A stretch of DNA of 63,127 nt, the filler included, from Asterionella formosa (Eukaryota): NCBI GenBank assembly GCA_002256025.1. It is 13 parts of 13 records of this genome, joined end to end, with 100 filler letters (N's around TTAATTAATTAA, not from the genome) between each part and the next. Parts side by side here need not be neighbours in the genome. Positions count along the whole stretch, not along the records: positions 23,276 to 46,432 come from NKIB01002520.1; 12 more parts are not named here. The stretch is one strand, 5' to 3'. A model generated the notes under the pieces. The model made no database searches. It worked only from the letters and a program-made list of their open reading frames with translations, and was not told the DNA's origin. Within the stretch, counting starts at the first letter, position 1, and each line of letters starts with the position of its first letter. Positions 23,276 to 37,884 of this stretch are shown in pieces. Both the position numbers and the translations under genes were made by a program.

Positions 23276-23930
23276 AACAATCTGTAAAGACCGAATCGTA
23301 TGCAGGATTACCAGATCTAAGTAGAGCAGGATGACCCTTGTGGGTACTGCATCCCTTATACCACTCATCAAAGGGCATATCACGACAGTCTTGACAAGCC
23401 TGAATGTAGTTACCAGTTTGATTGTGAGCCTTATGAATGCACCATACTGTAGTACGAAATCCCTTACCGGTACGCTTTTCAGGGGCATTCCAATCCCCAC
23501 GACATTTTATATGATGCCCCATGACATCATAAACTTCCTTTCCACCAAGATCCAATAATGTCATACTTGATGCAATTTATTTCCACCATACATACATTAC
23601 AAGGGATTCTACCTTCATCGATGGACAGTTTGCAGGACATTTGTCCCTAAGCATCAACAGTGACTCATAATCACCAATCAACTTAAAGAATTTTGTAAGA
23701 CCACGAAAGTGAACCTCATAGCTTAGCTCTGTACGATACCGGAGTGCACTTGTACCAGTCAATTTTGCCAAGCGTCGGTCAACAGATGTCTTTTTCAATT
23801 TGTCCAAAGCATTCAGAATTCCTTGGGCTACTTTATCTTCAATATCTGCTGGTATATCCTTGGCATATAAGACATCCCGAGGTAGATTGACAAGCTTTTT
23901 AGTCTCACCGCGTGTATTCTTCTTAATCAT
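23276..23930 (-). pseudogene. 5' part of a putative Crypton-like / tyrosine-recombinase transposon gene, with an internal stop, truncated by the contig end
   Basis: Two consecutive ORFs in one frame: HFRGLTKFFKLIGDYESLLML..CPSM and GDWNAP..H..Q.G.Y..ACQDC..GCSTHKGHPALLRSGNP (CxxC..CxxH). The resemblance to stramenopile TE proteins is from memory; no catalytic RHRY residues are visible. Confidence 0.4.
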
Positions 23931-25392
23931 TCTGACAATTCAAGTATATGGATGCGAAATTGGCAAGTTATGTGAACAAATTATTCATCAAATGTTGGCG
24001 GGCTGTAATTTTGAGGATCACATGTATTCCTATACAGTTATGTATATTTATATAGTTGCACGGATTTGATATAGTCTGGTGCAATTCAGGTTACTCTAAG
24101 TAAAGTGGTGCTATTGGTGGTGCAATTGTGGTGCAATGGTGGTGCAAATGCCAATGGGCAGTTGAATTTACGAATAGTTTTTCCAGTTTCATCCCGTTTT
24201 GGGAAAAGTCCCGGTATACCAATAGCACATAATCCTGGTTCATTATGATGGAAGACATGATGAAACTAGTACCGTAACTGAATTTACCTACCCGTAAAAA
24301 AGCAACATCTAATAAGTGAGCTTCAAATGTTGCTGGCTTTGATTTTGCAAGACAGGAACAATACTTCAGCAAATCTGGAGCAGGTGTGAGTAAATTCAAT
24401 TCAACCAATCAGAATATGTTTATTGACATGGCTACCGGTAATTACCCAGGAGTCTTTTCGGAAAAAGAATGATTCAGCAAAACATAGCTAGCTACCGCTA
24501 CCAGTGAAAAATGCAGTGACCCACTGAGTTCTCCAATTCGTTTAATTAGTTCGATGAAACCAAATCCATGCTTTGCGTGAATCAAACTTCCAGGTTTCTC
24601 TTTGAAGGTTGAGGTGCTGAGATACAAACCCTTTAATTTGAACATAATTTTCCGGTAATGGGTCACTGCAGTACTTCAATTTTTATCTATAATTGTAAAT
24701 AATTTTATATACCATTATGATCACGGATTACCCTTTTTGGTTTTCGCAACATTATTTTTAAAAATCTTCGTATCCAGATTGTTAACATGAGTATATATGT
24801 CGCAGTTACACACAAATCTACTGGTACATGTGGCAAAGCATTCAGCCACATTAAATGCCTGCACCTGTAAACATTTCCTTTGCAGCTGCGTATGGGTGAT
24901 GATGGTATGTGGGTCTACCTTGGCGCACCCGTTTATCAATGCTTAAGTTAATTAGGCAATAAGAGGTGATAGGGACAGGAATAAGACACGAATCTGACAC
25001 AAACTAAATAGAATGCGATATTTTTGTATATACTAGCTGCGCATATCATATAACAATGAATTCTCAAAACATGGCTGGGGTAATCCATGTGTTGGCAATA
25101 TTTTCGTCGATTGCACTTTTCAACCAATATTTTAGGACAAACAAATTGCTATATACTTATATCTAATGGCATAGCCTTAAAGCATACATGATGCTCCAGG
25201 TCGAAGTTTTAAAATTAAATATCGGCATTTGATGCTGGGGGCCAACCATGTTTTCCTCCTGTTTGCCCAGTGAGAATGTTTTTGAACATACAAAATCCGA
25301 TTCTTTTATTTTTTTAGCAACCACTTTTGAAAAAGCCAGCAATCATGCCACAATGACAGCAATAAAATAATCATAATATTGTATTTCACCTC

Positions 25393-27511
25393 TGTTAATG
25401 ACAGGGTTCCCCTCAACAGAGCTACAATATCTGTTTCTTCTTCATCCCTTTGTCTCCCATGACGTTGTGACTTTCCACACTTAACAGTTGCGCCAAACCC
25501 ACAGTGCAACCACGCATTGACACACACACACGGTTCTCCGCAATCGCCATTCCCTGCTGCAACCGCTGAACCGCTCTTTCTCCGCTTCCTCTGTCCTCAT
25601 GACAGCTCCTCCTGTGGCTTCGTCCGCCTTTCCTTTTCCGCATCCACTATTAACACTGATCTCCGGAAAGCCCACAGTCGTCACTGTTACTCAATTAAAA
25701 AAGGAACTCTTAGCGAATGCTAGATCAGTACACTGCACTGGTGGTGGTGGTGGTGCCAATGGTTTCTTGGGCATTATCATGGCATCTGATCCTTATCTTC
25801 TTTGTGCTGGGGAAGCTTTTGGTCCCACCCACCCACCATCCCGGCTCCCAGCCCAATTACCCTGTTACCGCAACCCAATCACAAATCACTGCAGCCAACC
25901 GACACTATGATACTCTTCTTGAGTCCTTTCGTCGTTACACTCAAGTCCGTGAGGCTCTCTGCCAACAAATTCTACTTGCCATTGAGCCAAATTACTACAA
26001 AGTTCTTGAAGATGATATTTTTGGTTATGGTGATGTCACTATCATTGCCCTCCTTGCCCATTTGGATGCAACTTATGTTGCTTTGAGTGCCGATGACTTC
26101 GAATTGAACCGTATGCGCCTTGCTTCTGCATGGACTCCTGATGAACCCTTAGAAACTTTATGGTTACGCATTAAACACCACCGTGCTATTGCTGCTGCAG
26201 GTGGTGAACCTTTATTGGACAGCACTGTCATACACTTAATTCTGTCTGCTTTGGATCAGGCTGGGGTTTATACAGATAGTATTTGAACCTGGCGTGATCG
26301 CCCTGATCATGAGCGCATTTGGCTCAACTTTGTTTCACATATCATGCATGGCAAAAGGGAATGTCTTCGAGTCTTAACAGCCAAAACTGCAAGCTATCAT
26401 GGTGCCCATCACGCTTTTCTTCACTCTGGGTCCCCCTCCTCCTCCTCTCTTATCCCTGGTATTTCTGGACAACCTTACTCTGTCAACGGTTTTCCTGCTG
26501 CTGTTACCACCAGCCACACTACGTATTCCTACAACAATGTTCAACTGGGTTACTGTTGGACGCATGGACTCACTAAAAATCAGAACACTCTAGTGTTACA
26601 TATTCTCATCCTGCCACAGGACATCAGGCCGCTGCCACACTCAACAAACGCATGGGTGGCAGTGCATGCATGTTATAGTACTTGGCCTACACAGTGCAAT
26701 CGTCTTCCTGGTCCAACCCCTTTACCTGGAAACCCCAATCCACCTGGTGATTGACCAGGGGAGGAGCAAGTCATAGTAGATAATACTTCTAATCTTGGTT
26801 TATCTAGTATGCCAACTTGTCCCCCCATCACATTAATTGCTGATTCTGCTAGTTCCGGAAACTATGCCACTTTCGACTTCCCTGTTGTTAATCAATTACG
26901 TACCAGATGCCCTATTACAATTCAACTTCCCAATGGGGAACATGTCGTTTCTACCCTTGAGGCAGAACTTGATCTACCAATGCTCCTTCCTGCTGCATAA
27001 CTGCTCGTTATTGTCCATTGGACAACTTTGTGACTCTGGATATTAGGTCACATTCACACATACTCTTATGACTGTGTTCTTAGCTGGCCAATGCATTCTA
27101 CAAGGCCATCACTCCGAATCCACCAGATTATGGCATCTAACATCCACATGATTTCCTAACCTCCCGCCTGTAAGCATACCAACACATTTTGCTGCATCTG
27201 CTATTAGCACTCCCTAAGCTGCTGACCTTGTGGCATTTGCCCATGCAGCATTGTTCTCTCCTGCATTGTCAACATTGGCAAACGCGCTTGCAGATAGGTT
27301 ACTCATCAATTTACCTGGATTAACATGAGCAACTCTTTGCCAACACCCCCCACATTCCATTGCAGAAATCGATGGCCATTTAGACCAAACACGTCAAAAC
27401 TTACATTCCACCCAAAAAGTCCCAACAATAACCCCTAATGATGCACTTGCCATATCCAGCTTAGGGTGCTGCCAATCATCTCCAACCGCTCGGTATTGAT
27501 ACACCCACCAA
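25393..27511 (+). mobile_element. Ty1/copia (CoDi-like) LTR retrotransposon, 5' half: short LTR, gag, protease, pre-integrase region; degraded
   Basis: TGTTAA...TTAACA LTR-like unit 25393-25486; gag FPHPLLTLISGKPT..LKKELLANARSV..GGGANGFLG, YCWTHG; protease IADSASSGNY, IQLPNG, SLLSIGQLCDSG; AHAALFSPALST..GHLDQTRQN; stops and frameshifts. Confidence 0.88.
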
Positions 27512-28289
27512 CATCTGCAAATAAAAACCATCATATTCCTATGATGCATCATAGGATTGTGATCATCTGATCATAATTTTTCGTTATATCATCTAATAAT
27601 TTTGATAAATGCCCTAGTAATTTATATAGTAACCCTTTTGACTATGAAAATGTAATCATTATATGTATTGTTTCTTTTAGGTTCCTTTATTTAAATTTCT
27701 TGGTAGGATAATGTACCAGTTACAGTAAGGTAGTTGGGCTCATCATCCTCACCAGTCCTTACTCTGATTCTTGCAACAACAACAAAGCCGCCTTGTCAAG
27801 AGGAACGAGTTTTTGTGATAAAATCTTCATTTGTCATCCAAGTCATCATATGTCTTCGATGAATCATCATCTACATTTCACAGTATGTTTGTATGCACTG
27901 AAAGAAGACATCCAATGAAAACGAAATGGCTCATCACACAAGATGAATATTTCTGGACAGTCTGTCACCAGAACATCAATCAGTGTTACAACCTCAATCA
28001 TAGCTAAACAACATCCATTATAGAACAGCACAATACTAGCATCCAGTATAGAAGAGCACAATCTACTTCTCCGTAACATCGTCTCTCTAACAAGAATGTA
28101 ATACATCTAGAATTGAAACACAGCATAGCAGGCAATATGCACAAAGAAGAATTAGACTGTGCCGTCTATTTATAGTAACAGAGTGATTCTGGTTTCGTAA
28201 TTTTCATGTCTCATTAGATTTTCGTTGTCATCGTATTAGTTCCTTACCTTTGAAGACAGGAGCGTATTCTTTGATGTATCTGGAAAATT

Positions 28290-29420
28290 TCAATGGATGG
28301 CAGCAGTTGGATTTAGACACAAACCTCGGCAAAAGCACTAGTACTTTGTAGATGTTCATGAAAAGTGAGACACTTTGGCCTATCAAACACCAGCCAGTCT
28401 ATACTGCAAAAATGCAAGAAGCACAAGTTGAATGCCCATTTATGGATTCAAGTTTCAGTAGTGCAACAATGTAAAATATTAGAAACCGGAAGTCACATTT
28501 CATCTAATTACGGTTTTCATTAGCTATACTAGCTAGTATTGATTGAGAGGAAGCAATTGTAGAAATGCCGAACGAGCCGGGGCAAACACAGAGAATCCTA
28601 CTAATTTTTCTCCCCAATGATCCCAGACCCTTCTTGAATGTCACTTGCTACAGAAAATGTAGAACAGCCGCCATGATCTGTTGATTGTTGCTGTATGGTG
28701 CCACAGAGGACCAAAACCTGGTCCAGAAATCGCAATGAGTTGCTTGTTTCTTGACTTGAGTGCAAAATGGATCGAAACCATTGGAAAAATCAACAGGGAA
28801 ATAAAAATGCTCTGCAAACATCAGGACAATTGTGAAAAAGAAATGAAGGTTCTTGGGAGGAGAAGTAAAGGGATAATTGCTTTTGGTCTTGCAGGAACAA
28901 GAATGGATTGACCCAAACAATGTTGACAAATAGGTACCTACGGGAAAAGGAAGCAATGCTTTCGGCATCAATCTATACACAAGCCTGCGCCACCTGACGT
29001 CAATATAGCTAACTTGACTTCATCAATGAAGAAGTCAATGGGTGGAGCATGTGAGGAAAATCGGGTTTGAGGTTTTCTTGATGCCAATGTGGGCCTGCTT
29101 GGCTGAACTTGCAGATGAAGGCATTGAGTAACCTGGGCCTTTGAAGCCAAAGGATAAAGAAAAATCTATGACAGAAAGGAGGGGGGTGAGATAGTGTCGT
29201 ATAGAAGGGGGGAGCAAAAGTTATCATAGCTGAACGCAGTGGAAACTCATACAGACAATAAATAGTGGAATACCATGGCTGCTCTTGCTTGGCTGACAGT
29301 TGCCAAGTCAAGTGCAAACAACGAGCGAGGGTGCACAAAAGACAGTCCAATTTTAATCGACTGGCTGATACTTAGTTGTGAGACTCACCATTCTGCAATG
29401 GGGTGGACTTTGATCATTGC
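28290..29420 (+). pseudogene. Decayed IS630/Tc1-mariner-like DDE transposase
   Basis: Pieces WMAAVGFRHKPRQKH*YFVDVHEK, GWIDPNNVDK (preceded by KGLLLVLWEQ in the copy at 47400-47951), SLRHL, DFINE and AELADEGIE (cf. ELAGEGIEY); internally deleted. Confidence 0.65.
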
Positions 29421-30603
29421 TTCATTCGAAGCACAATCAATTCGAATGCTGTCCAGTGAAACAGCATATGAAACTTTTTCAAGAGATTTCATAGGAATTA
29501 AAATAACAGGGCAAATATGATGCACTGTTCCTTGTGTAGACTAGCTATATTTGATCATTTCCATATTTCATACTACACAGGTGCAGCATGGATGACTCCT
29601 CCCGCCCTTTCATTTGATATGCAGCCATGTTGCGATAATTCTACTGGACCAATAGGATTGGTAGTCTGGTGGTCATCATTTCCGCATTCTATGTACCAGT
29701 AGGAGTCATGTATGCATGCATGCTGCGATAATTCTTACAAGACATAAAAATTTGGTAGCTTGGGGGTTATCACTTCCGTACTGTATACATGAGGGGGAAG
29801 GGGTTGAATGCATGAGCAACTACTCCGGTATAAACTATGATCTTTAAACAATAAATATTGATTCTTTCATCCTATACCTTTGATCATAACATATTGATCA
29901 TATGATAATGTCTGCAAATAAAAACTATCGTATTTCCATGATGCATCATAGGATTGTGATCATCTGATCATAATTTTTCGTTATATCATCTAATAATTTT
30001 GATAAATGCCCTTGTAATTTTGATAGTAACCCTTTTGACTACATATATTTAATTTTTATATCAATTGTTTCTATTAGATTCCTGTATTCGAATTTCTTGT
30101 TAGGATAATGTACCAGCTGAAGTAATGTAATTTGGCTCGTCATCCGTCATCACTCTGATTTTTGCAACAACAACAAAATACTAGTGATGAAACGTGGAAT
30201 GATTTTTTGCGATAACAACGTCTTCAATTGTTGGTCAAGTGATCATTATATCTTTGAGTAATCATCATGTGCAGTGAACCTTTGTTCATAATCAGAGAAG
30301 AAATCATTTGAACTCGGAATGGTTCCGCACACAGCGCAAATAGTAAATCCGTTTCATCGACCACCAGCATTATAATTTTGCCAATCAACCCGTAAACAAA
30401 CACATGATTCTACTTGTTCTTTTTGACATTTTCAATTCTCACATGATACTGCATCTACTATTGAGATTCAGCATAGAAGGAGATACGAAAATGTGCGTAA
30501 CAGACTACTGTCCACATAGCTATAGTTATAGAATGATTCTGATTACAATTTCTTTTTCATGTCGCTCGTTTCTGCATTTGGCATGCTGTACTTGTATTTA
30601 AAA

Positions 30604-31050
30604 TTGAACTTGTCAGCATCTATGATACCATCAAGAGAGGAAAAGCAAGTGGCTCTCTTCATTGTTGTTTGCTCGTAGGAAAAATTTGATATCCGTATCG
30701 TCATTTGCTTGTTGGAACTGTCTGTTGCCTCAAACCTGCTTGGTGTGTGCGTACACACACTGCCGACTTGTTTTCATTGGTATGTTGTTCTTTTATTCAC
30801 TGTTGAACTTGTCCGCATCTTTGTTACCATCAATAGATCGACAAGTGGCCTGGCTTTCTTCATTGTTGTTTGCTCCTGGAAAAATCGGTGTCCATGTCAT
30901 CCTCATCAATAGAGGGAAAAGTGTCCTTCATCATTGTGGTTTGCCGCTGGAAAAAATGGTACCTGTGGTATCGTCATTCGCTCGTTGGAACCACTACTGT
31001 TGCCTCAAACCTGATAAGCATGTGTGTATGTGCACTATCGACTTGTTAAC
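30604..31050. repeat. Degenerate ~200-bp tandem duplication inside the inner element; also present inverted at 62700-63127
   Basis: ttgaacttgtc(a/c)gcatct..cttcattgttgtttgctc..tgttgcctcaaacctg occurs twice. Confidence 0.75.
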
Positions 31051-34000
31051 ATTACAAGAGTGACTTAGCTACTAAAGTGCGTGTTATAATATCATACTCC
31101 GTAGTACGATGCAGAATACTACAGTTCCCAATCATCTCATCATGATTGATAAGATGATAATGTGATATCACGATATGGTTACATTGATGCATACATCACC
31201 AAAGTATGATCCATAATATTGAATAAAGTATATCACATAGCTATGATGCATTGATCATAGAACTATGATGATTTTATAAAATGTTTATGATATAATTTTG
31301 ATCGAAATATGATCATGTTAAAATAGTACAATGACAATAAAATACGACAAAATATGTACGCAAGCGTTATCGATACATCACAGAAAATAAATAAATAAAT
31401 CATAATTATGTTACTTAATATATAAATTCGACTTTTAATGTATACAGTGAAAGCCAACAGTTAATATGATAGTATTATATGGTGGATAGGATCTAAGTGT
31501 ACGGATGCGTTGATATGTACATCACTATAATATCATTTGTGATATGGATTGATGCATATCACATACCGGTATCCTCAACAACCAGCCATCACGTTCATTG
31601 TCATGTCGTCTTTCCTTGTTTTAGCTATATACCGGTATATGCCAGCATGTGTATTGTGTAAACACTACGCTGGCGGAACATGCATATTACACTGTGCTCT
31701 GTTCAACAATTACTTCAAAGTAAACTGGTGGAAGGTAATTCTTGTTAAGGAATAACATGAGTTTTTATTCGATTGGATGCATGTTTAGGGAATGTTTACT
31801 TGGAAGTTGAAATTGAGGAGGAAGGGGCATTTCCATTGCATTTACAGGGAGAAAGCTGGTGTGATCTTGGAAATCTGAATATTGCATGGTCTCTGAATTC
31901 AATCCTTGGAGAGTTTTTAGTCTCAATTGTTTGTCTTGTTGTAACTGAATATTGTTATAAACTGAATCGGCTTTGTCGTCATTAACTGGATGATTGTGGC
32001 CACTTGATTCAAGGAAAGGACACATAATCTCTTCTTGTTGTCTACTCTCCGTAAATGCTGCAGCAGTTACACTGCTATTAAATTCTTTCCTTGAATGATT
32101 CGATGCACTACCGCAATACATAGTTTCATTATGTATTCCAGGAACTCGATGTTCGTGCATGCAATGTCGACAGTGACTATATGCATAGAAAACACGGTTG
32201 CTACAATTTCGGTTGTGAGACTCAGATGGGGATTAGTTCTTCCGAAATTTGTAGTTACACAGATAACATCATTGCAATGTCCGCAAAGACATTGCAAATT
32301 TCAAATGATGACAAAGTCAGGATATGAAAAGGATAGAATGAAAATGAATTATTAATAATAAATTTAGCATCACTCCAATCATGCTGTGCTGGACAATACA
32401 GGGTCATGAAATTATCACTCCACCATAGTAGTAAAAATGGAGGTATACCGCTACATACAGTACAGGCGCCACTACTAGTAGTATAGAGCAGCATCAATGC
32501 TTTCCTAACATCTATGATATGACTTGTGCATTGTAGAAGTCTCACACTAACTATAATTATTATGTAACTACTTAGCATGCATTGGATTCTATTAGATCCA
32601 TTCAAAATCAACATCGTCATCAATGTCCCGTTGATTAATGCGTTCATTGTAATCAATATTCTTCTCAGGAACATTTGGTTGAAGTGCTTCAACATATTGA
32701 TGCATATCTTCTTCACTTACATTGGGAAATGAGAAGTATGAGTGTAGGTAGATGATATTTGTGGTGGAAGTAGCAGTTCCACTAGGATTCCTTCCATATT
32801 CAGATCGATTTTTTTGTGAAAGTCCAGTGTAGATTTCCTTATAATAAACGAGTATATCGTTCATCAGTGAGACCACTTGAAACTGAACTTTCTTCCATTG
32901 CTCACACTTTTTTGATAAGTGGTTTTTCACTAATGTCGACAAAATCAGTAGAATGACGAATATCGTTCCTTCTCTAAAGTTTCCTGCATATCTGGATTGA
33001 AACCCAAATATTTTTGTTGCAATCGGAATTTTCCTTTCAGCACCAAGAAGCAAAAGGCTAATGTACTGGCATTGATCAGCGAAGCAACAAAACGTGATTA
33101 CAATTCACACTGTGCCCGAAGACTGAGTTAAAATTTGGTCACACCAGAATTGTCTCCTGTTAAAAATGCATGATTCTCCACGGCTTGTCCTGCCTATAAA
33201 ATATAAAATACACTGGAGCAAGAACGTCACGCCAGACTTGGTATCCTTGGCTTCCCCTGTCAATGTCCTTTGACTGGTGCGCAAAACGATAAAGTGTGAA
33301 CGCCCACCTAATGAAGTCATCAATATCCATAGTCTGGAAGTTATATTCTGTTAGACCAGCTGGTGTGTCATGAATTATCTTAGCATTTTTAAATTAAAAC
33401 AGATTTGATAAAAATATACAATCACCAACTCAAAACATCGTGCTTTCAGAGCATCTGCCGCCCTGCAAGAACTTACCTAAGATTCAGAACCATTCCATAT
33501 GAAATCGGCAAGCTCTGGGTTACTCTCCAATTCTTTGCCTACTAATTCTGTTTTCTCTGTGTATAGCCGAGTTAGGCAACATTGGGTAAACCAATTCTGT
33601 TTGTGATTGGAAATACTTTTCATACTACTTGGACCAGATAGGGTGGGATGTTTGATTCTCTTTTGGGACCAGAAAAAAGCATATTACGTTGATATTCATT
33701 TTTACAGTACCTGCAATTCTCGAAATATAACCTCAAACTTACATGTTCACAGCAAAACTTCGTGGTCTTGAAAGCAAAAAAAAACTCACAACCTTTGTTA
33801 CAATTGATGAATCGGTTCAATTTTAGCCAAGAAGGAACGACGTTCTGATAAGGCTGCTGAAATTGAAGATTCATGATAACCTCGTATGGACGAGTTTTGA
33901 ACCGAATTACGACACAGCTTTGTAGTGATTGAGTTCATTGACCAATTGATAATATCCTTTGGCAAGTGCAAAATGTTTGTCCCTCAGTTTGTCGTGTACT

Positions 34001-34558
34001 TGTTGGTCCGTGAAATTAGAAAATTTATGATATGGTACAATGTTGTTCATCTGCATCCGGGAGTTATTAATGGTATCATTGACAGGAGCCATTTTTCTTG
34101 TATCAACAACTGAAAAAGAAATGTCATCATCGCTTTCAGTATCAATTACGGGATGTCCTCCCCATCAATGATGACTGGGGTAGTACCGCCACTAACTCCC
34201 TGTTGCCGATTGCTAGGTTGCTTTGGATAATCGCCTATTCGCTTTTTCTTTGTAAACTCATTTTGGTACTTGCTTCTTTGTTCCATACCGGCAGTATTTG
34301 CCACATGTCGGTTGTTTCCATGAACCTCTTTATGGTTTTTTGAAGACAATGCTTGAACTACTAGATAACTGTTGTCGTTGTCTTCCTTAAAGTTTGATGA
34401 TCTTAAAATCAGGTGTTGCAACCTACAATGAAATGAATCATCAGCCAGCACTACAATTAATATTTTACGATGTCTAGTTATGATACCATAAAACCAACAG
34501 TGCTATTTACATTATCATATACAAAATCAGAACTGAGTTTGAGTAACAGCATATTTTG

Positions 34559-34880
34559 TTTTCAATTATACGATTCTACAATCCTAAAAGTATGATGATT
34601 TACTTTCCCGCTGCAGTAGCAGCAGTGGTGTTCTGTTGCTCACATACTACTCCGACTGCCCTCTTTCAGTTTTACAATCATACAATCCTGAAACTATGAT
34701 GATTTACTGTCCCGCTGCAGTAGCAGCAGTCATGAACATATGGTGCTCTGTTGCTCGCTTACTACTCCGACTATTCTTTTTCAATTTTATGATCATACGA
34801 TCCTTAAACTATGATGATTTACTGTCCCACTGCGGTAGCAACAGTCATAAACATATGGTGTTCTGTTTGGTACTCTGACT
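34559..34880. repeat. Three tandem ~105-116-bp repeats
   Basis: Core tatgatgatttact(t/g)tccc(g/a)ctgc(a/g)gtagca repeated three times. Confidence 0.85.
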
Positions 34881-36375
34881 ACCCCCAGTTTATCACTTCC
34901 TACCTGCTACCACTGGTACTCTGTATGTATATATGATAAAATGTTATTGTTGTATGATGAACCGGTACAATTGAAGAACTCCCGCCAAAAAAAGGGGCAT
35001 AAACAATTTGCTACCAAAATCCTCGCGTCTAAATAATGATACAAATGTGTTATGACTTAATACAGCAATTGAATGGTCTAAATAATTAGTTCCAACGGAC
35101 GTAGAAAATATTGATGCAAACAAATTTCCAAAAAACAGGACCGGTACACGAAGTCATGGAAAACAATGGACATATCGTGCATTGAATATTTTCGAATTAT
35201 CTATATTAGAATATGATTATCTCAACAATACCAGACGTTCCAAAATTGAGAGTGCCTTTGATTTTTATAAATGTACGACACTTTATATATTTATGTATTT
35301 ACAAATTTTATAACTATATACATGGCAAATAATTTTGAAATCGTTCTGACATGTAAACAAATAATGCCTGCTTCATGAAAATAAATATTGGAGTAAAGCA
35401 CATGACAAGAAAGGAAAGTTTGCGCAATAACGAAAAACATTTTGGCTTCGACACATTGCGCTTTCGAACAAAAATGAATCGGTAAGTTTTATTCGGCAAC
35501 ATTGGAAACCTGAAACTTACTTATTCAAGAATTAACTGACAATTTACTATTACAGACTTGTGCATCACTTGCTTTGATTTGGCTGTGGTAAGTGCAGCAA
35601 GCAAGAGGATATGATGGAATGGCGTGATGACATGTCAGTGTAACATATCTAGCTAACAAGTCGTTCCTTCTCATTGTTACTGCAACTGCATAGGACAATA
35701 AAACCGATAAAACGGAATAGACGGCGAGCTCAGAATAACACTAACAGCAGGGAGAGAGACGCAACATTAGTAAGGCATTGCTTGGCACAAGACTAGAGAG
35801 AAACGTTGTTGGGTCGCTGGCATGTAGAATAATAGATAGCATTGCTAAATTTGATAGTGAAATTACGATTCAATTCAATCTATTTTGAACAATGCTTGTG
35901 ATTAGAATTATGATCATGTTTTTGATAGATTTACGATGAAAAAATTCAAATGATAGTAAGAGTTGAGCTGATTTGAGGATGCGTTGTAGTAATAATTTAT
36001 CTTGGGCAATCACGAGAATTGAAAATAATATGAGAAGGTTTATGATGTTGATGAGTAATGTTGTTGATCAGTTGATATACATTGTGTGATGATGATTGTT
36101 CTTATTATCATTATACTTCAAGGTTGGTAAAATATTAATAAATCATCATAGTTATAGGATACCTTGATCATAGTTTTGATCCAAAAATTATCATATATAC
36201 GAAAATCCTGTGCCATTTAGCGTATGATACCCTTGATCCTATATGCATGATACTTTTTATTTGCAGACGAAACGGTGTCTTTGATGAGAAAATGAAAGCA
36301 TCTGTGAATAGATTTTCCATTAGATCTAATGATTTACTCAGCATACGTTAAAAAACTAATTTATTATTCAAATAA

Positions 36376-36685
36376 TTTGTTATGTTGATGATAATTTTGA
36401 TATATCAACAGCAGTGTCTGTATGATCAATAAAATTTTAACATTAGGTTAGTAGCATACACATGTTAGGTTATGCTTATATAAGAACTTGTATATATTAG
36501 TTACCAAATCTAATCGGTTAACCAAAATTGTTGATATATGAATCAAATGTTTTGTTATGTTGATGATAATTTTGATAATTTAATGACCATGTCAGTGTGG
36601 TCAATCAAATTTGTTTGTCAGATTATTTTCTTACACACGTCAGGTTATGCATAGAAAGAAGTCATATATATAAGTTATCAAATTT
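36376..36685. repeat. Degenerate ~175-bp tandem duplication, AT-rich
   Basis: tttgttatgttgatgataattttgata at 36376 and 36551; aggttatgc occurs twice. Confidence 0.7.
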
Positions 36686-37652
36686 GATATATTGATACAT
36701 TGTTTGATTGATCAATAGCTGTTGTTTTAGCAAAGTTTATGACTTTACACAGATCACCTTACGTGTATGTAAACCTTGTACCTGATGATGCTATCAGAAT
36801 GAATTCTGTGCAACAAGGGTGCGTTCCTTTTTGCCATTCCGATTTGAATGCTCTACCGGTACATGCTCTCATCCAATTCTTGTACCGGTATTATTCGTCA
36901 TTCTTATCTCTCCATTCGCATATCAGTAGTAATCGAATTTCTTACAAGCCATGTGCGTTTGTTGAACAATCCCATACAAGCTACCTTCTTGCGGGGACGA
37001 TGATGATCTCAGTCTTATAACGAAGGATATGGGTAAATGTGCTGGCGAAGTTTGATTGTTTGTTTGTTACTCGAAATCAAAAGCTTTGGTCAATTTATAC
37101 GATAGAATTGGAAAACAATGCATTGAAGGCCATACCCGATTCCAATTCCAACCGAAATCAAGAAGATAGTACCTTTTGATCATAATTCGCCCATTGCGAA
37201 CATCGATGTGTATTTCGAATCTGTTCTTCAAGATGAGATGTGGATCAAAGTGAAGATGGACCAGATGGCGGCGCAGTTTGTTGCTCATGGCCTTAATTAG
37301 CCTTGGGTCTTCCATTCTCATTGACTAGCTATTGGCAAGCGTGTTTGTATGCTGCAGAATTAGAGCCGCAACATCACTAATCAGGAAGTAGCTTCATTTC
37401 ATTCAGGAAATAGTAGCATCACATGAACCTTGAATAGCAGGGGGTTCGAAATAACAATCGTAACTTTGCTTAATAACATCATTGTACTATCCCATTGTTT
37501 TAAGAAATCTCTTTGTCGGCAACATCAGAGGCAATATGTAGGACAACCTAGCCCCATTGCCACACATATACTTTCCACAAAGTGACCGCTATATTTATAT
37601 AGCTTATATATATGTAGTGTAGCTTGTCCCACACATATGTTCTTGCCACTCC

Positions 37653-37884
37653 GAAGTGTAAAATATTTATGAGGATACCAGAACCATTATTCAATCAATA
37701 GCTGATTCCAATGTCATACAGCAACAAAGGTTGTCAAAATGAGTCCAATGATGTTGATAAAAGAAGTGTAAAATATTTATGGGGATACCAGAACCATTAT
37801 TCCATCAATAGCTGATTCCAATGTCTCCAATGTTGTACAGCCAGCAACAATGGTTGTCGAAATGAGTCCAATAATGTTGATAAA
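37653..37884. repeat. ~110-bp tandem duplication at the start of an unknown plus-strand ORF that runs to 38529
   Basis: gaagtgtaaaatatttatg(a/g)ggataccagaaccattattc..gctgattccaatgtc occurs twice. Confidence 0.8.

Larger units (their letters stand above)
29909..36269. mobile_element. Large unclassified TIR element (inner, nested copy; 6361 bp)
   Basis: Perfect 15-bp inverted repeat GTCTGCAAATAAAAA (29910-29924 / 36254-36268), extending imperfectly to ~22 bp; AA on both flanks; interior has decayed minus-strand ORFs and tandem duplications. Confidence 0.82.

Noticed and set aside
24091..24666. Two in-line minus-strand ORFs
   Set aside because: Probably a decayed gene, but no recognisable family or boundaries
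34559..34880. Triple repeat as CRISPR or ncRNA array
   Set aside because: Whole units repeat with no unique spacers; ordinary minisatellite
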